A DNA stretch of 64,000 nucleotides from Octopus sinensis (GCF_006345805.1 NC_043001.1:95480001-95544000), one strand, 5' to 3'. Positions 13,489 through 26,062 are shown, counted from the first letter of the stretch. Notes: generated from the letters alone by a model not told the origin. Translations and numbers: made by a program.

Positions 13489-13801
13489 TTGATGGCTGCC
13501 CCCTTGTTATCGAGTATGGTCATTGCACAAAGCTTAACTGTTATTGATGCTGTGATTGAATGTGACTTTTTAGCCCAGCTAAAGATCTACGTCTTGTACA
13601 GAACTGGCAGCTAAAACCTTTACCGGTAATAGCCGGTTGTAGTTGTAATTGTGCTTCATGTAACTTTGCATGTCGTTTAAGTTCTCCTGCCGAATTACAC
13701 TCTCTTCCACATGCCTGACAGATATGATTAATATGGTGTGTAACACCACCACCAGTGGCCAGGTTGTCACTCATCTGTCTCGCTTTATGACTACGAAGAT
13801 G
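13489..13801 (-). mobile_element. 5'-truncated LINE 3' end (RTE-like) encoding C-terminal C2H2 zinc fingers
   Basis: HLRSHK...HICQACGRECNSAGELKRHAKLH...FSCQFCTRRRSLAGLKSHIQSQH*, stop at 13541, a short 3'UTR and a (TATG)n tail. (TATG)n also lies at the 5' junction (13802-13847). Confidence 0.7.
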
Positions 13802-13850
13802 ACATACATACATACATACATACATACATACATACATACATACATACCTG

Positions 13851-15149
13851 CAGGGTAGGGCAGAGAGGGCGGACGTTTTAGAAATGGTTGTTAATAAAAC
13901 GCAGTCGGAGGAACATATGTGTGACTGGTACCATTCGTTCCGAGGTGCCTTAGTTTTTATTTTTTTATTCAAAGGGGCAGCCAGGGCGCTGTGGACGATA
14001 GAGCATCACTTGTTTGCCTATGGTATTACGTAAATAATAGCGTGTCTGTCACAGCATTTCAGCGTGAATTTCGGTGCCATTTCAACATTCACCGAAATGA
14101 GGCTGTTCACACCCGTAGCACAATCTTACATCGGGTTCCTTAGTGTACACGAGGTACACTAATAAGCAGGAGACCGATGGGGCACCACCAATGGTACGGA
14201 CCACAGAATATGTGGAACGCGTCAGTCACTCTGCTCGGAGGCATTTCACTGAACTTGGAAACGGTAATCGACCTCTAAGGTATATTGTGCATGAAGAACT
14301 GCATTTCCACCCGTACATATTGGTCATTGGACAACAGTTGAAACCATGGGACTATACGAATTGGAAGTGAGATAGAAGCAATTTTTGAGGCAAATGACAG
14401 CCTCGATTTCTTAACGAGTGTTGAAGCTCATTTTCGTCTTAATTGTATGGTGAATGAACAGAAATGTTGCTATTAGGCTTTTGAAAATCCGAAACAAGTG
14501 CACAAAAGACCACTGCACAGCCCAAATGAAGCGGTCTGGTGTGCTGCATGAAAAGCTGCCGGCATTGTTCCTTACTTTGTTGAAGTCACTAATGGAAATG
14601 CTGTTCATGTGAACAGCGAGCGTTACATCGAGTTGATGCACAACTTCTTTCTACCTGAATTACAATGGAAGGTATGCCTATTTGACGTGCGTGGTTTCAG
14701 CAGGATGGGGATATGCCCCACACAGCCAGATCACCAATGGACGTTCTTCGCCCTCCCTTCGGAGACCGCCTCATTCCTAGGTTTGCTGACATTTCTTTTC
14801 CTCTTCGGTCTCTTAATTTGTTCCTGTGTTCTTATTTCTTGTGGGGAAACTCCAATGCACGTATGTATGCGCATAAAACCCGTACATTGGACGATTTCAA
14901 GGACGCCATTAGCGTAGAAGTCGACCAAATCGACGGAGCAAGGCTGGAGAGAGTGGAAGCAAACTTCCAAGAACGCCTTCAGAAATTTATCTATGAAGAC
15001 GGACACCACATGAAGGATATAGCTTTTCAAACATGATTTTGACAAATGCTAATTCAACATGAACACATCGATGTCAATGAATTTTTTGCCGCTTAAATTA
15101 ATGATTTTGTGAATTTTTCAAAAATGCCTATCCTCTCTGCCGCAGCACG
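13851..15149 (+). mobile_element. Full-span degenerate Tc1/mariner transposon, DD41D (rosa/Visitor)-type transposase pseudogene
   Basis: Motifs VTAFQREFRCHFNIH, EELHFHPY, EAHFRLNCMVN, NSERYIELMHNFFLPEL and FQQDG...(41 aa)...YFLWG...ERLQKFIYEDGHH. Degenerate TIRs share ggcagagagg. About 1.3 kb, with multiple stops and frameshifts. Confidence 0.85.
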
Positions 15150-16200
15150 TACCTACCTATATACCTACCTTCCTACCTACCTACTTACCTACCAACCTAC
15201 CTACCTATCTATCTAACTAGCTACCTACCTACCAACATGCCTACCTGCATACCTATCTATCTACTTACATAATAAAACATTCATAAATATATACTTTCTT
15301 ATCTACATACCTACATAACTACCTAGCTACCTACATACCTACCTACTTATCTACCAACCTACCTACCTATCTATCTAAATATCTATCTATCTAACTACCA
15401 AACTGCCTACCTGCATACCTATCTACTTACATAATACAACATTCATAAATATATACATTCTTATGTACATACCTACATAACTACCGAGCTACCTACATAC
15501 CTACATACCTAGCTACTTATCTACCAACCTACCTATCTATCTAAATACCTATCTATCTAACTATCAAACTGCCTACCTGCATACCTATCTATCTACTTAC
15601 ATAATACAAACATTCATAAATATATACATTCTTATGTACATACCTACATAGCTACCTAGCTCCCTACATACCTACATACCTACATACCTACCTACTTATC
15701 TACCAACCTACTTACCTATCTATCTAAATACCTATCTATCTAACTACCAAACTGCCTACCTGCCTACCTATGTATCTACTTTCATAATACAAACATTCAT
15801 AAATATATACTTTCTTATGCACATACCTACATAGCTACCTAGCTCCCTACATACCTACATACCTACATACTACCTACTTATCTACCAACCTACTTACCTA
15901 TCTATCTAACTACCAAACTGCCTAACTGCCTACCTATCTATCTACTTTCATAATACAAACATTCATAAATATATACTTTCTTATGCACATACCTACATAA
16001 CTACCTAGCTGCCTACATACCTACATACCTACATACCTACCTACTTATCTACCAACCTACTTACCTATCTATCTAACTACCAAACTACCTAACTGTCTAC
16101 CTATCTATCTACTTTCATAATACAAACATTCATAAATATATACTTTCTTATTTACATACCTACATAGCTACATACCTGCCTACATACATTCGACGCATAC
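15150..16200. repeat. Higher-order tandem repeat (6 units of about 160-185 bp) built from ACCT/ATCT/ACAT microsatellite
   Basis: The anchor acattcataaatatatac recurs near 15278, 15439, 15610, 15793, 15959 and 16126. Confidence 0.85.
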
Positions 16201-16499
16201 ACCTATATATTTAGAAACTTATACTCATCAGTTGTGTAATCAGTGTAGATTTCTGGAATATTTGTACAATGCCCAATAGTTTGCTCTCCTGGTAGTGTAA
16301 GAAAGAATAAGACTTCAATTCAAGTGTATTTACTTACTAAATTTGCGAGAAGCGAAATTGTACATAATTTTGTAAATTAATTTGCTTTAGCGGCGTCCAA
16401 AGAATGTCGATGTTTTATTCATGTTATTGAAATTCATGAATAAATTTATAGTTCTCCGTAAGATTGTTATAATATGTTAAACACACTTCGATTGGGATA

Positions 16500-16559
16500 T
16501 TATACATACACACACGCATACATACATACATACATACATACTAATAAACGCACAGACAC

Positions 16560-16592
<33 letters not shown>

Positions 16593-16627
16593 AGCCTGGA
16601 TGAATAAATATATATATGCATATATAT

Positions 16628-16670
<43 letters not shown>

Positions 16671-16673
16671 GTA

Positions 16674-16755
<82 letters not shown>

Positions 16756-16792
16756 TATTATATATATATATATATATTATATATATATATAT
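16500..16792. repeat. (TA)n-rich compound microsatellite
   Basis: Read directly. Confidence 0.95.
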
Positions 16793-17084
16793 TTCAGTAT
16801 TTGATTGTCTGTTTTATATCAACTGCTGCATTTATATTGTACTAATGAGTAAAGTTTATGCACATAGCATATGTGACTGTAGTTTTTGGAAGGTAAATAT
16901 AATAATGTAGATATAGATTTATACACTACTTTCATTCTCTGTAGATGGACGTAATATATTACATGTGCGAAGCGCTAGATAGGAGACATCATATTCGCTA
17001 AAGCATAGCCATGAAGACAAGAGTCATAATCGTAGTGAGACGTTGGTAATTATTTGTTGATTTAATAAGGCTGTGAACAGGCAC

Positions 17085-17280
17085 AAGCATTTTCACGTTG
17101 GCTATAACGTGTAGCATTATTTAGCCAGTCTTCGCATTCTCAGATCACATCCCACCGAGATCAACTGTATATATATAGTCCCTCCGGTGTTGATAAAATA
17201 TGTACTGGGGTCAATGTAATCGATTTACACACTCCCCTGAAATTGCCGTCCTTATACAAAACCTCAAAATCGATATTTCG
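17085..17280 (+). mobile_element. Degenerate SINE (family A-like)
   Basis: ccctccggtgttgataaaatatgtactggggtcaatgtaatcgatt resembles the body of the 49788 and 61072 SINEs. Confidence 0.4.
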
Positions 17281-17704
17281 TGGCCAACAGCATTTTGCAA
17301 ATTAGAAGAATGGCGAATTTTTCATGCGTATAACTTTGTATGAATGCAATAAAGGCAGGTTCCCAAAAAGTAGGGCAATAATCACTGGATTAAATTATGA
17401 TTAGCATATTCCGGTCGATAGTACCAATGTAGAGCTCTTCCTTTTTATACTCTACAAACTCTTTCTTGTTTTCTTCAGTATGACTCATGACGGAGTTTTG
17501 GTTTAGCAAATATACTTATAATCACGTAAATATACTTATAATCACCTTAAAAATCTTTGGGACAAGAACGCAAAACCTCCAGACAGTAAGGTAATACAAA
17601 AAAGGGGCAACAAAACATCCAGATAGACGATACAAATAAGAAAGGACGGATCATTCGGAGTTTTCTTTCTTCAATCGACTTCCAGATATATATATTCCAG
17701 ATGT

Positions 17705-17751
<47 letters not shown>

Positions 17752-17761
17752 ATATATATAT

Positions 17762-17986
17762 AAACAATTGCAGCGTGGAAGGTGTTTGTAAGCCATTTAA
17801 GAAACACACAAAAGCCGTTCGATTCACTTCAAAATTTAAGTTTAATTTGTCAAAATATTTTCGTCGCTTTAAGACCGCGACCTGTTCACTGACAAAACCC
17901 GTGCTGCATCTGATGTTGAAGTGAATCGAACGGCTTGTGTATGTTTCTTAATTGGCTTACAAACACCTTCAAAGCTACAATTGTTT
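17762..17986. mobile_element. Foldback short element, probably Penelope-derived: 71-bp inverted arms enclosing a hammerhead motif
   Basis: Arms 17762-17832 and 17916-17986 are near-perfect reverse complements and start immediately after a (TA)n tract. Confidence 0.7.
17846..17896 (-). ncRNA. Minimal type I hammerhead candidate with G3:C8 core variant
   Basis: Minus strand: TTTGTCA | GTGAACA G | GTCGC-GGTCTTAAA-GCGAC | GAAA | ATAT | TT | TGACAAA. That is a 7-bp stem I, a 5-bp stem II and a palindromic stem III loop. Confidence 0.6.
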
Positions 17987-18777
17987 TCGTTTCAGCACAC
18001 GATCTCAGATCAAATCACTTGCTATGCAAGCACATCTCCGTAATATATATATATATACATATATATATATTTTTTAAAAAATACATAAATATCGCCTACA
18101 CGACAAATAAAACTTCTGACTAAAGGTGAATAAATATAATTATAAATTGTCTAATTAAGGCGTTAATACGTAACATCAGTTGAGATATTAAAAATATAAT
18201 GACGTCAATATTAGTTATGAATTAACCAGTTACACATGTCAGATACATCATAGATAAAGAATATTAGGACGTGAATTTTTAGAATCGTCCATTGAGTAAT
18301 AAACAATATTGTTGTTATGAACGAAGTGCAAATGACACAGGAATACTAAAAAAACATAAATTGATAGACTTATATTTAAGCAAATATATGAAGGATTGAT
18401 GGCGCGTTTCAATGCGTGTTTAACAGGAAAATTCTATTTCATGACTATGAGGGTATGTGTAAATTTGTATAAGGAGAAACGTATATAAGGGTAAATGTAT
18501 ATGTAAATCTGTATAAGGTCAGACAAAATCACATACACACACAGACACATGCACAGACAGACAGACACCTAACGCGTACACAATATATACGCATGTACGT
18601 ATTTATGCATGTAGGTGCATATGTGTTTGTGTGTTTGCGCAAGCGAGTCTTTATCGTTAATCTTCCATTATGTCTGCCTCTCTATCCATCTATCTATCTA
18701 TATTTACACACGCAGATTTACATCCAAACATGCATACATACGTAAATAGAGGCGCGCACACACATATGCATACGTAC

Positions 18778-18835
<58 letters not shown>

Positions 18836-18850
18836 ATGTATATAATTATG

Positions 18851-18952
<102 letters not shown>

Positions 18953-19064
18953 GTATGTATATGTATATAATTATGTATATATATATATATACTGGTAAAA
19001 ACGGTAAGATAAGAAAAGAAAGAAAGAGACCTCAATGTTATGTAAATAGAAGAACTTTATCTAT

Positions 19065-19874
19065 AAAATAATATGTTACAATTACTCAATGGTCAAGATA
19101 AAACTCTGAGTTTCAGATGCCGAAGTGGAAATCCACAACATCATCTCTTCGTTTATCTGGCTATATAGTTTCATTTGTACACGTGTGTGAATACGTATGA
19201 ATGGGCAGTTTTAGATGCGTGCGTGTGTGCGAGCATAAGAATGCATATATATATAGACGTATTTACTTAGTCTTTTTACAATATTTTTTAGGTTTTTTGG
19301 GGGGGCATATGTATATTCATTTTTTGTGCATGCGTGTGTGTGTATGCGTATATAAACATGTGCGGGTATGTTCATATATGGGCGTATGTGTGTATGAGTG
19401 CATAAGGGCATGTCCGTATATGAACGTAGTTTTTACGCTTTGTATACTTCCTTATGTTTTTTCTGTTAACTTTAACCATGTTTCTTCTTGTGCTTGTGCG
19501 TATATAGACGTATGTATGAACTTTTAAGGTACGCGTGTGTGTGTATGAGTTTGTATATATATGCGTATACATTTGGCGAAAAATGCGAGTGAAGATGTGT
19601 ACGTTTTCATAGTGATGTATAAGTATGCACGTTGGTCCGCGAGCGCACATGTGAGCGTATGAGTAGCCATGTTTACAGTTGACTATGAACTTTTAATCTT
19701 AATTTATATAAGTAGCAGAATCCTAACACAGTAATTTCCCTTTATATAACGGTATTTTTTCATAGCATTTTTCAAATGGCCAGATAACCGAAGAGATGGC
19801 GTTGTGGATTTCCACTTGGGCATCTGAAACTCAGAGTTTTATCTTGACTATTGAGTATTTGTAACATATTATTT

Positions 19875-19875
<1 letters not shown>
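19065..19875. mobile_element. Inverted pair of 100-bp Penelope-like termini, each containing a hammerhead-like motif
   Basis: Arms 19065-19164 and 19776-19875 are reverse complements with a few substitutions, and (TA)n tracts lie nearby on both sides. Confidence 0.65.
19782..19844 (+). ncRNA. Hammerhead-like motif with U4C core
   Basis: AGATAA | CCGAAGA | GATG...GTGG-ATTT-CCAC...CATC T | GAAA | CTC-A-GAG | TT | TTATCT. The mirror copy at 19096-19158 (-) has core ACGAAGA. Confidence 0.5.
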
Positions 19876-19959
<84 letters not shown>

Positions 19960-20754
19960 ACCATATATATATGTATATATATAACTATATATATAATATA
20001 TATATATATAAATGTCAGTTACGTGTTATTTAAACATCTCATGAATAGAACTCTATTAAAATATCCGTGTTTTATATATAAATTAGAGATTACTGTATCA
20101 AAAATTAGTTTAACGTCAAAATTTATTTTAAAAAATACGAAATAACTTTAGCAAACAGTATTTCTCAAATAAACATTCACCTTAATTGAAATTATTATGC
20201 CGTTATAAATCTTTATATTTCAGGTTCATACATGCTACGTTTATTTAATTAATTTCTCACATTAATTTTCACCAGAGGATTCGTGATATGAAATGTAATT
20301 ATAGGGCAAAATATAATGTTATTTTACTCTTTTACATTACGCCATTTTCTCTATTCATTTCTTTTTATTTCTGTAATTACAATTCATATCCCTTCCATTT
20401 ATTATCTCTTTTTTGCCTGTTTCATATTGAATTTTATGAAAGAAAGAAATAACAATAATGAAACCAAAATAGAAAAAAAAATATATATATATATATACAA
20501 AAGATAGCATATTTCCTACAGTTCAATTGTAGTATGCAAATTTATGTTAAACGTAATATAATACAAGAAAAATAACAATTATTGAATATGGAATTAGAAA
20601 TGATTGCAATTGTTTGTAAAGTGAATAGGCGAAATATGAAATAGTGTATTAGTTACTAGCGTTGCTGTTATAGTTCTAATTTTAAAGTATTATATTTCTG
20701 TAATCTGGTAATAACGTTTTCAATTGAAATTATTAACATGTTTTCGATGAACAA

Positions 20755-20759
20755 AATAA

Positions 20760-20817
<58 letters not shown>
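20755..20817. repeat. (AAT)n microsatellite
   Basis: Read directly. Confidence 0.95.
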
Positions 20818-22010
20818 TTACCAGTTAAGATATACAAGATATAGACACCCAAATATTTAATAAATTCTTATGTAAAAAGTATAAAACCTTTTGTTTTTTT
20901 TATTATACATTGGATAGTTACAATAGGTTATTCACAAATAATTGAAAGTTAATGAAATAATATACTTGTATTAGAGAAGTATAATGAGATTTGTGCACAC
21001 ACACACACATGTACGCACACACATTAAAATGTATCAAACAAGGACCAATGTTCGTTCCCCAGCTATGGATCGGTAAGGCTACTTTCCTGGATTCTATGAC
21101 TAATTTTCTCTCAGTACCCACTACCCACGCGACAAAGAGATGGACGGGTGTATAATTATTCACTTTTGCAAGCTGAGGAGAATAAAAAAAAACGTGAAAT
21201 AAGTGTACTGCTTAAGAAAAAAGCATAACCTCTGGTCGAGGATTATAGCCCACAGTCAAACGACCATTAGTGCTGCACTTTAAGCCTCTTTCCTCCACAC
21301 ACAGGCACACACACATACACACGTTCACACATGCATGCACATACCCACACAGACACATACATACTTGTGTACTCACATACACACACACTCACACACAAGA
21401 ATGCACATACGCACACAAACCTAAGCATACATTTCTTGTGTGTGGGGGTACGTACGTGTGTGTGGAGACGCGTGGCCTAGCTGTCATTATATTGCACTCA
21501 CGAATTTTCTATCATGAATTGAGTATGCTAGTACCATGCGAATTTTATTATAATGCATTGTGACAAGCGATGTGCATTTTATGGATGTATGTGTGCATGT
21601 ATGAGTGCGCGTGCGTGTGTGTTTGTGTGTCTGTGTTTGTCTGTATTAATATGATACCTGGTGTGTCATGCGTGTTTCGAAGTCAACAGTGAATGGCGAA
21701 TTGTTAAGAATGGATTATTATCTTAACACTTTCATGGAAAGAGAAATGCTTTAATGATTTGCGCGTTAATACTTCGTCAAAGCAGGAAAGAGAGAAACAA
21801 CGGTCTGTGAAATTGCCAGTGAAAACGGTGGGGATGAGATTCAAATGTAATTAACTCATATGTGCATGAAATCTGACCTAAAGTGAGTTAGTTGCCGCTA
21901 TGTAAAGTCAAGTGTGATGCATGGATATTTATCTATTCTTTTATGTAATGCAGAAACCCTAGTGTTTTACTGCAAGTACATTACGATTCTTGAATCCTGT
22001 CTGTAGGTGA

Positions 22011-22375
22011 CTCCAATCTACCCCTGGCGTCTCATGGGAAGACTGGGTTCCACATCATAACATCTTGAAACGCTACAATGCCTTCAGCATTGAATCCCTT
22101 AATATCAAGCACGGACTTAGCTGAGCTATTCATCTCATCAGGATGCCTCCATCCGTCTCCCCCGTATTGTCTTCTAAGGGGAACTGACTGCTGCGAACGG
22201 TCCGTTAGAGGACAGAGGAATCGATACAAGAATGACTTTGCTTTCACTCTGGGGGAATGAAATATTCCTTTAACAAATCTCGAAATACTTGCACTAGATC
22301 CAAATGGATGACGTACCGTCGAGAAAAGGCATCGTCAATAGCTTGATGAGTGCCAAGTGAGGTGTGCTGTTGCTA
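22011..22375 (+). mobile_element. RTE-clade LINE ORF2 C-terminal remnant
   Basis: GVSWEDWVPHHNILKRYNAFSIESL...*AIHLIRMP, RLPRIVF*GEL and RSVRGQRNRYKN...LALDP match the W.DR..N.EVL...WAGHV.RM...RLPK..L.GEL...R..G.Q.KR.KD pattern of RTE elements. Confidence 0.75.
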
Positions 22376-22797
22376 CGGCTAAATTTTTTCTGGCCCCCAG
22401 CTAATTAATACTTTGTTCGAACTGTAGAAAGCTGTTGTGTCCTCCTCACTGACATCAACCTGTTCACCAATTGCGTTTAACACTATCTCGGATGAGTTGA
22501 GAGCTGTCCAAGCCAGCAACATAAATGTCAAGTTCGAAGTAGTGAAGGCAATGTGTGGGTGTGTGATATTAGGAGATAGTCTTCGTGATAAAACCGAAGG
22601 AATTGTACGAGAAATATTGAAGGTTTCATTGCTGAGTGTGCAAGTAACTGACAAATTGCTTTCAACAATGATTTTTTACATGTAATGCTTTATCCCAAAC
22701 GTCGCCTCACGCAAGAGTTTGGAGCACGATTCGACTGAGATTTCATGTCATCCTCAATGGCAGCAGAACGACATTTTTTAAAAAAACATGTTTCACT

Positions 22798-23521
22798 TCC
22801 AATTAATACAATACAATCAAACAGATGATTCTCCTACCATTCTTGTATTATTTTTTCCTTGGGCTCTCAATTTATCAGTTCGTTCACAATTTTCCGCAAG
22901 GAACACATAAATTACCATTAACTTTAATCAGCTGCATTCACAGAATTGTAGAAATATGAGGATGTATACAATTTAAAACCCCAAAAGCTTGACTAGCTGG
23001 CGTTTCTTAAGTCTGCAACAAGGGGCACATATATCTACAAGATAATAATGTTATAGAGTTTGCACTTTCCTGATATAGATAACTACTTGTAGATTACCTG
23101 CCGAATCCTATTTGTTTTACCTTGAGTTTCGAAGGTATATGGAGAGAACTTGGAAAGAAGTTTTATTTCTTATTGTGATCGCAGTGTAAACAGTGCATGC
23201 AAAAATATTTATCTGTTTCAACCATCCACGTAAATATAATTGTGAACCTGTGATTATAAGATCTAAGTCTCCTACCGGAGCACTAGAAACGTATATGTAC
23301 ATATGTATGTGTATCTTAAAAACTTTTTTTCAATTCCATTTAATACCATATAATTAAACTGATAATTCTCCTACTATTCTTGCATTATTTTTACATTGCG
23401 CTCCCAATTTATCGGTTCATTCACAATTTTCCTCACCAAACACATAAATTACCATTAACTTTAATCAGTTGTATTCACAGAATTGTTGAAATATGAAGAT
23501 GTATACGATTTTAAACCCCAA
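22798..23521 (+). repeat. Local direct duplication of about 190 bp (22798-22984 and 23334-23521)
   Basis: Shared blocks such as cacataaattaccattaactttaatcag and attcacagaattgt.gaaatatga.gatgtatac. Confidence 0.8.
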
Positions 23522-23619
23522 CGATGTTTTTCTTCGAACTTCTAGCAAATTCATTGCTTCAACCACAATATAACAATTGTTCTTGGCTTTAACTCATCTA
23601 TTCTAAATCAAGGAAGAGG

Positions 23620-24040
23620 CACACCCGCATCTCATGCTTCATGTTTACTGTCTAAGAAATTATCGGAGATCCATTTTTACCGCTAGGATTTCCGCCACAA
23701 CATATATTGCTAGTCTATCTGCTTACTCCCTCACTAATCAAGTGTTATGAACACGCACCAAATCCGGTATGTGATAATGACGAAGCTAAGATGCTCTCGG
23801 ATATGCCTAGCCAAACTGAAAAGAAGATCAAAGAGAAACACCCTTATAACATAATTGAAAACGGAAAAGACGAGATGTGCACCATGATAAACATATTGAT
23901 TCTTTTCTTGGCAAATATCGCCTGGAAGATTTTGGCAACCTACGAAGATGCAACGACCTCGAAATAGTAACAAACAAGATGGGATTTCAAAGTAAAAGTA
24001 ATTCAAATAAAACTACGTGCGAAAATAATAATAACTACGT
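23620..24040 (+). mobile_element. Degenerate R4/Dong-like LINE 3' end (restriction-like endonuclease region)
   Basis: CYEHAPNPVCDNDEAKMLSDMPSQTEKKIK is homologous to the WDMPIHTDREIK segment of the 35834 copy. It ends in a short AAT run. Confidence 0.6.
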
Positions 24041-24519
24041 TAATAAACACATGGATATTTTCTGAAAGCGTACAAAATAAAACAATTTAAAATGTCCTCT
24101 GCCTAAATATATCTCGACTTAATTGCAAAATTGTTTCAATTTAGATACGACAAACCGAATATGATCATTTTCATATCACAATCTCCAGCATAATTTGCAA
24201 CAGCACGGCTCCCGCAAATTTCAAGCAATTACTTGCTAGCTGAAGCATTTTCGTATTGGATATGACAAGCCTCATATGTCCCATAACTGGCAATACATTA
24301 AACTTCAAATAATTTTTAAGGCTAATGTGCCTGTGTAGATTTATGCGCGTTCTTGCGTGATTTATATATTTGTAAATACACACTCATATGTACATATCTA
24401 TTCTGCTTTATCTGCGATGAACTATATGTATATAAAGAGTAATCGGTACCTAATCCATGTCTTTGCAAACCACAAAATTGTTTTGCAAACTACTACAAGC
24501 AAATAACGTTATGCATTAT

Positions 24520-24890
24520 GAGCGAAAAAGGGAAGTAAGAAGTGGATCTGATTTTGTGCATGCTCATAATTATACATTCCTACTGTCTGGGTCGCTTTTC
24601 TTTCGTTGTTAACATAGCTTTCGTTGGAAATATTACGTTTGTCTTCGTGTTTTACAGTCCCTATACTTATATTATTTGGCATTGCATTGTGGTTACTATC
24701 TACATATTCTTGATATATTTTTCCTTGTAAGCAATCTGGTGTTCTTGTTTTGTTTTGAGAATATATCTTTGTATGATAGATAGTTTATTAGGGTGCATTG
24801 CTGCAGCAAAGTCTTATCTAGGTAACTTTTCTTCCAAATTTTATTTGTATAAGTTGTTGTGTTTCCGTTCTTTGGGTAGAACACTGCTGT
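24520..24890 (-). mobile_element. Penelope-like element GIY-YIG region remnant
   Basis: Broken frames give NKIWKKSYL...CLQGKIYQEYVDSNHN..NNISIGT, resembling the KIFN.NT.K.SYSC...CL..N.VY.A.V...YIG pattern. Confidence 0.4.
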
Positions 24891-25027
24891 AAAATAAGCG
24901 TGTAGGATTGAAATATATACCTCACGTGTCCATTTATGCTTTATTGTTATTATTGTTACCTTTCTTGTTATTATTGAGTAAAAGGGCAGAGCTTGCCATC
25001 AAAGTACCAATGGCGTACAAATATATA

Positions 25028-25225
25028 AGGTGGGTGCTGAAAGGTACCTGGATTTCGGTAAAAGAAAGTACCGGAAGATAGTTAATTACGATTTTCTTCA
25101 ACATATTCCCCTTTCAGAATCAGATACTTATTGCAGCGGTTCTTCAATATTTCTAAGCTCTGCAAAAGAACTCGTAAAGCTAGGACGCTAATCAGGCATT
25201 GTGCAAAGCCCTCCAAGAGAGGAAA
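25028..25225. mobile_element. Mariner-derived terminal fragment or MITE
   Basis: Follows TA and begins with a TIR-like aggtgggtgctgaaaggtacctgg. It includes the reverse complement of a C....GEYVE-type transposase end (ttcaacatattcccc...cttattgcagcgg). Confidence 0.5.
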
Positions 25226-25818
25226 TTTTCATCATATCCTCCCACATGTAAGTAGAGTCTCGAGGCAAATTTGAAAACAATGAATTGCAGAAGACAACAA
25301 AGGAAGGCACGCTTATTGGAGCTTTTGAGCGCTTGTATGTGTGCGTGTCTCTGTGTTTGTGTATGACATTGCGTTTATAACAAGAAAATGTAAAAGAAAC
25401 TGCTACAGTGTGAACATATAGAGGATGTTCGTGAAGATTATTTATGTTACTATCTACATAGCGTAGGTTAAATTAATGAACATTTGACATATCAGAAGTA
25501 AGAATATAACCTACGGAAAGAACTATGGAACAGCTGCAAAGTTACTACTTGCTTACCCACTGAATATGAAAAACAATATATTTACTATTTATAAAAATTA
25601 GTAGCGTATTTCAAACTATATGTATGCGTTACATAACAAATTCGATATTTCCAAATCAACTTGCTTTTGCCTCGATATAGCTCTACAATAAATATAAACA
25701 CATGGAAATACTTAATTTTGCTAAAATTATGAGATCATTAATCGTATTGTTATTTTCAGATGTTAATAAAAGCACATTGACGTCATTCTTTTAGCGTTCT
25801 AATTTGTTTTTAGATACG

Positions 25819-26062
25819 GCCTTTTAAAGCCTAGCCAGGCTCATGGGCCCGGTTTTCCGGTTTTTATGTCGTATTTGTTCACCAGCTGGACAAGACGCCA
25901 GTCCTTCGCAGCGTTACTCATTTTTGCCAGCTGAGTGGACTGGAGCAACGTGAAATGAAGTGTTTTGCTGAAGAACACAACGCGTCGCCCAGTCCAGGAA
26001 TCGAAACCACAATCTTACGATCATGGTTCTGACACACTAACCACTGAGCCACGCGCCTCCAC
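25819..26062 (-). mobile_element. tRNA-derived SINE (family C)
   Basis: Minus strand: A-box TGGCTCAGTGG, B-box GTTTCGATTCC, central ttcttcagcaaaacactt core-like segment and a unique 3' end. Confidence 0.85.

Noticed and set aside
25990-26062. tRNA genes at SINE heads (also 49788, 56972, 61410)
   Set aside because: A and B boxes are present, but there is no complete cloverleaf and each is followed by a SINE body.
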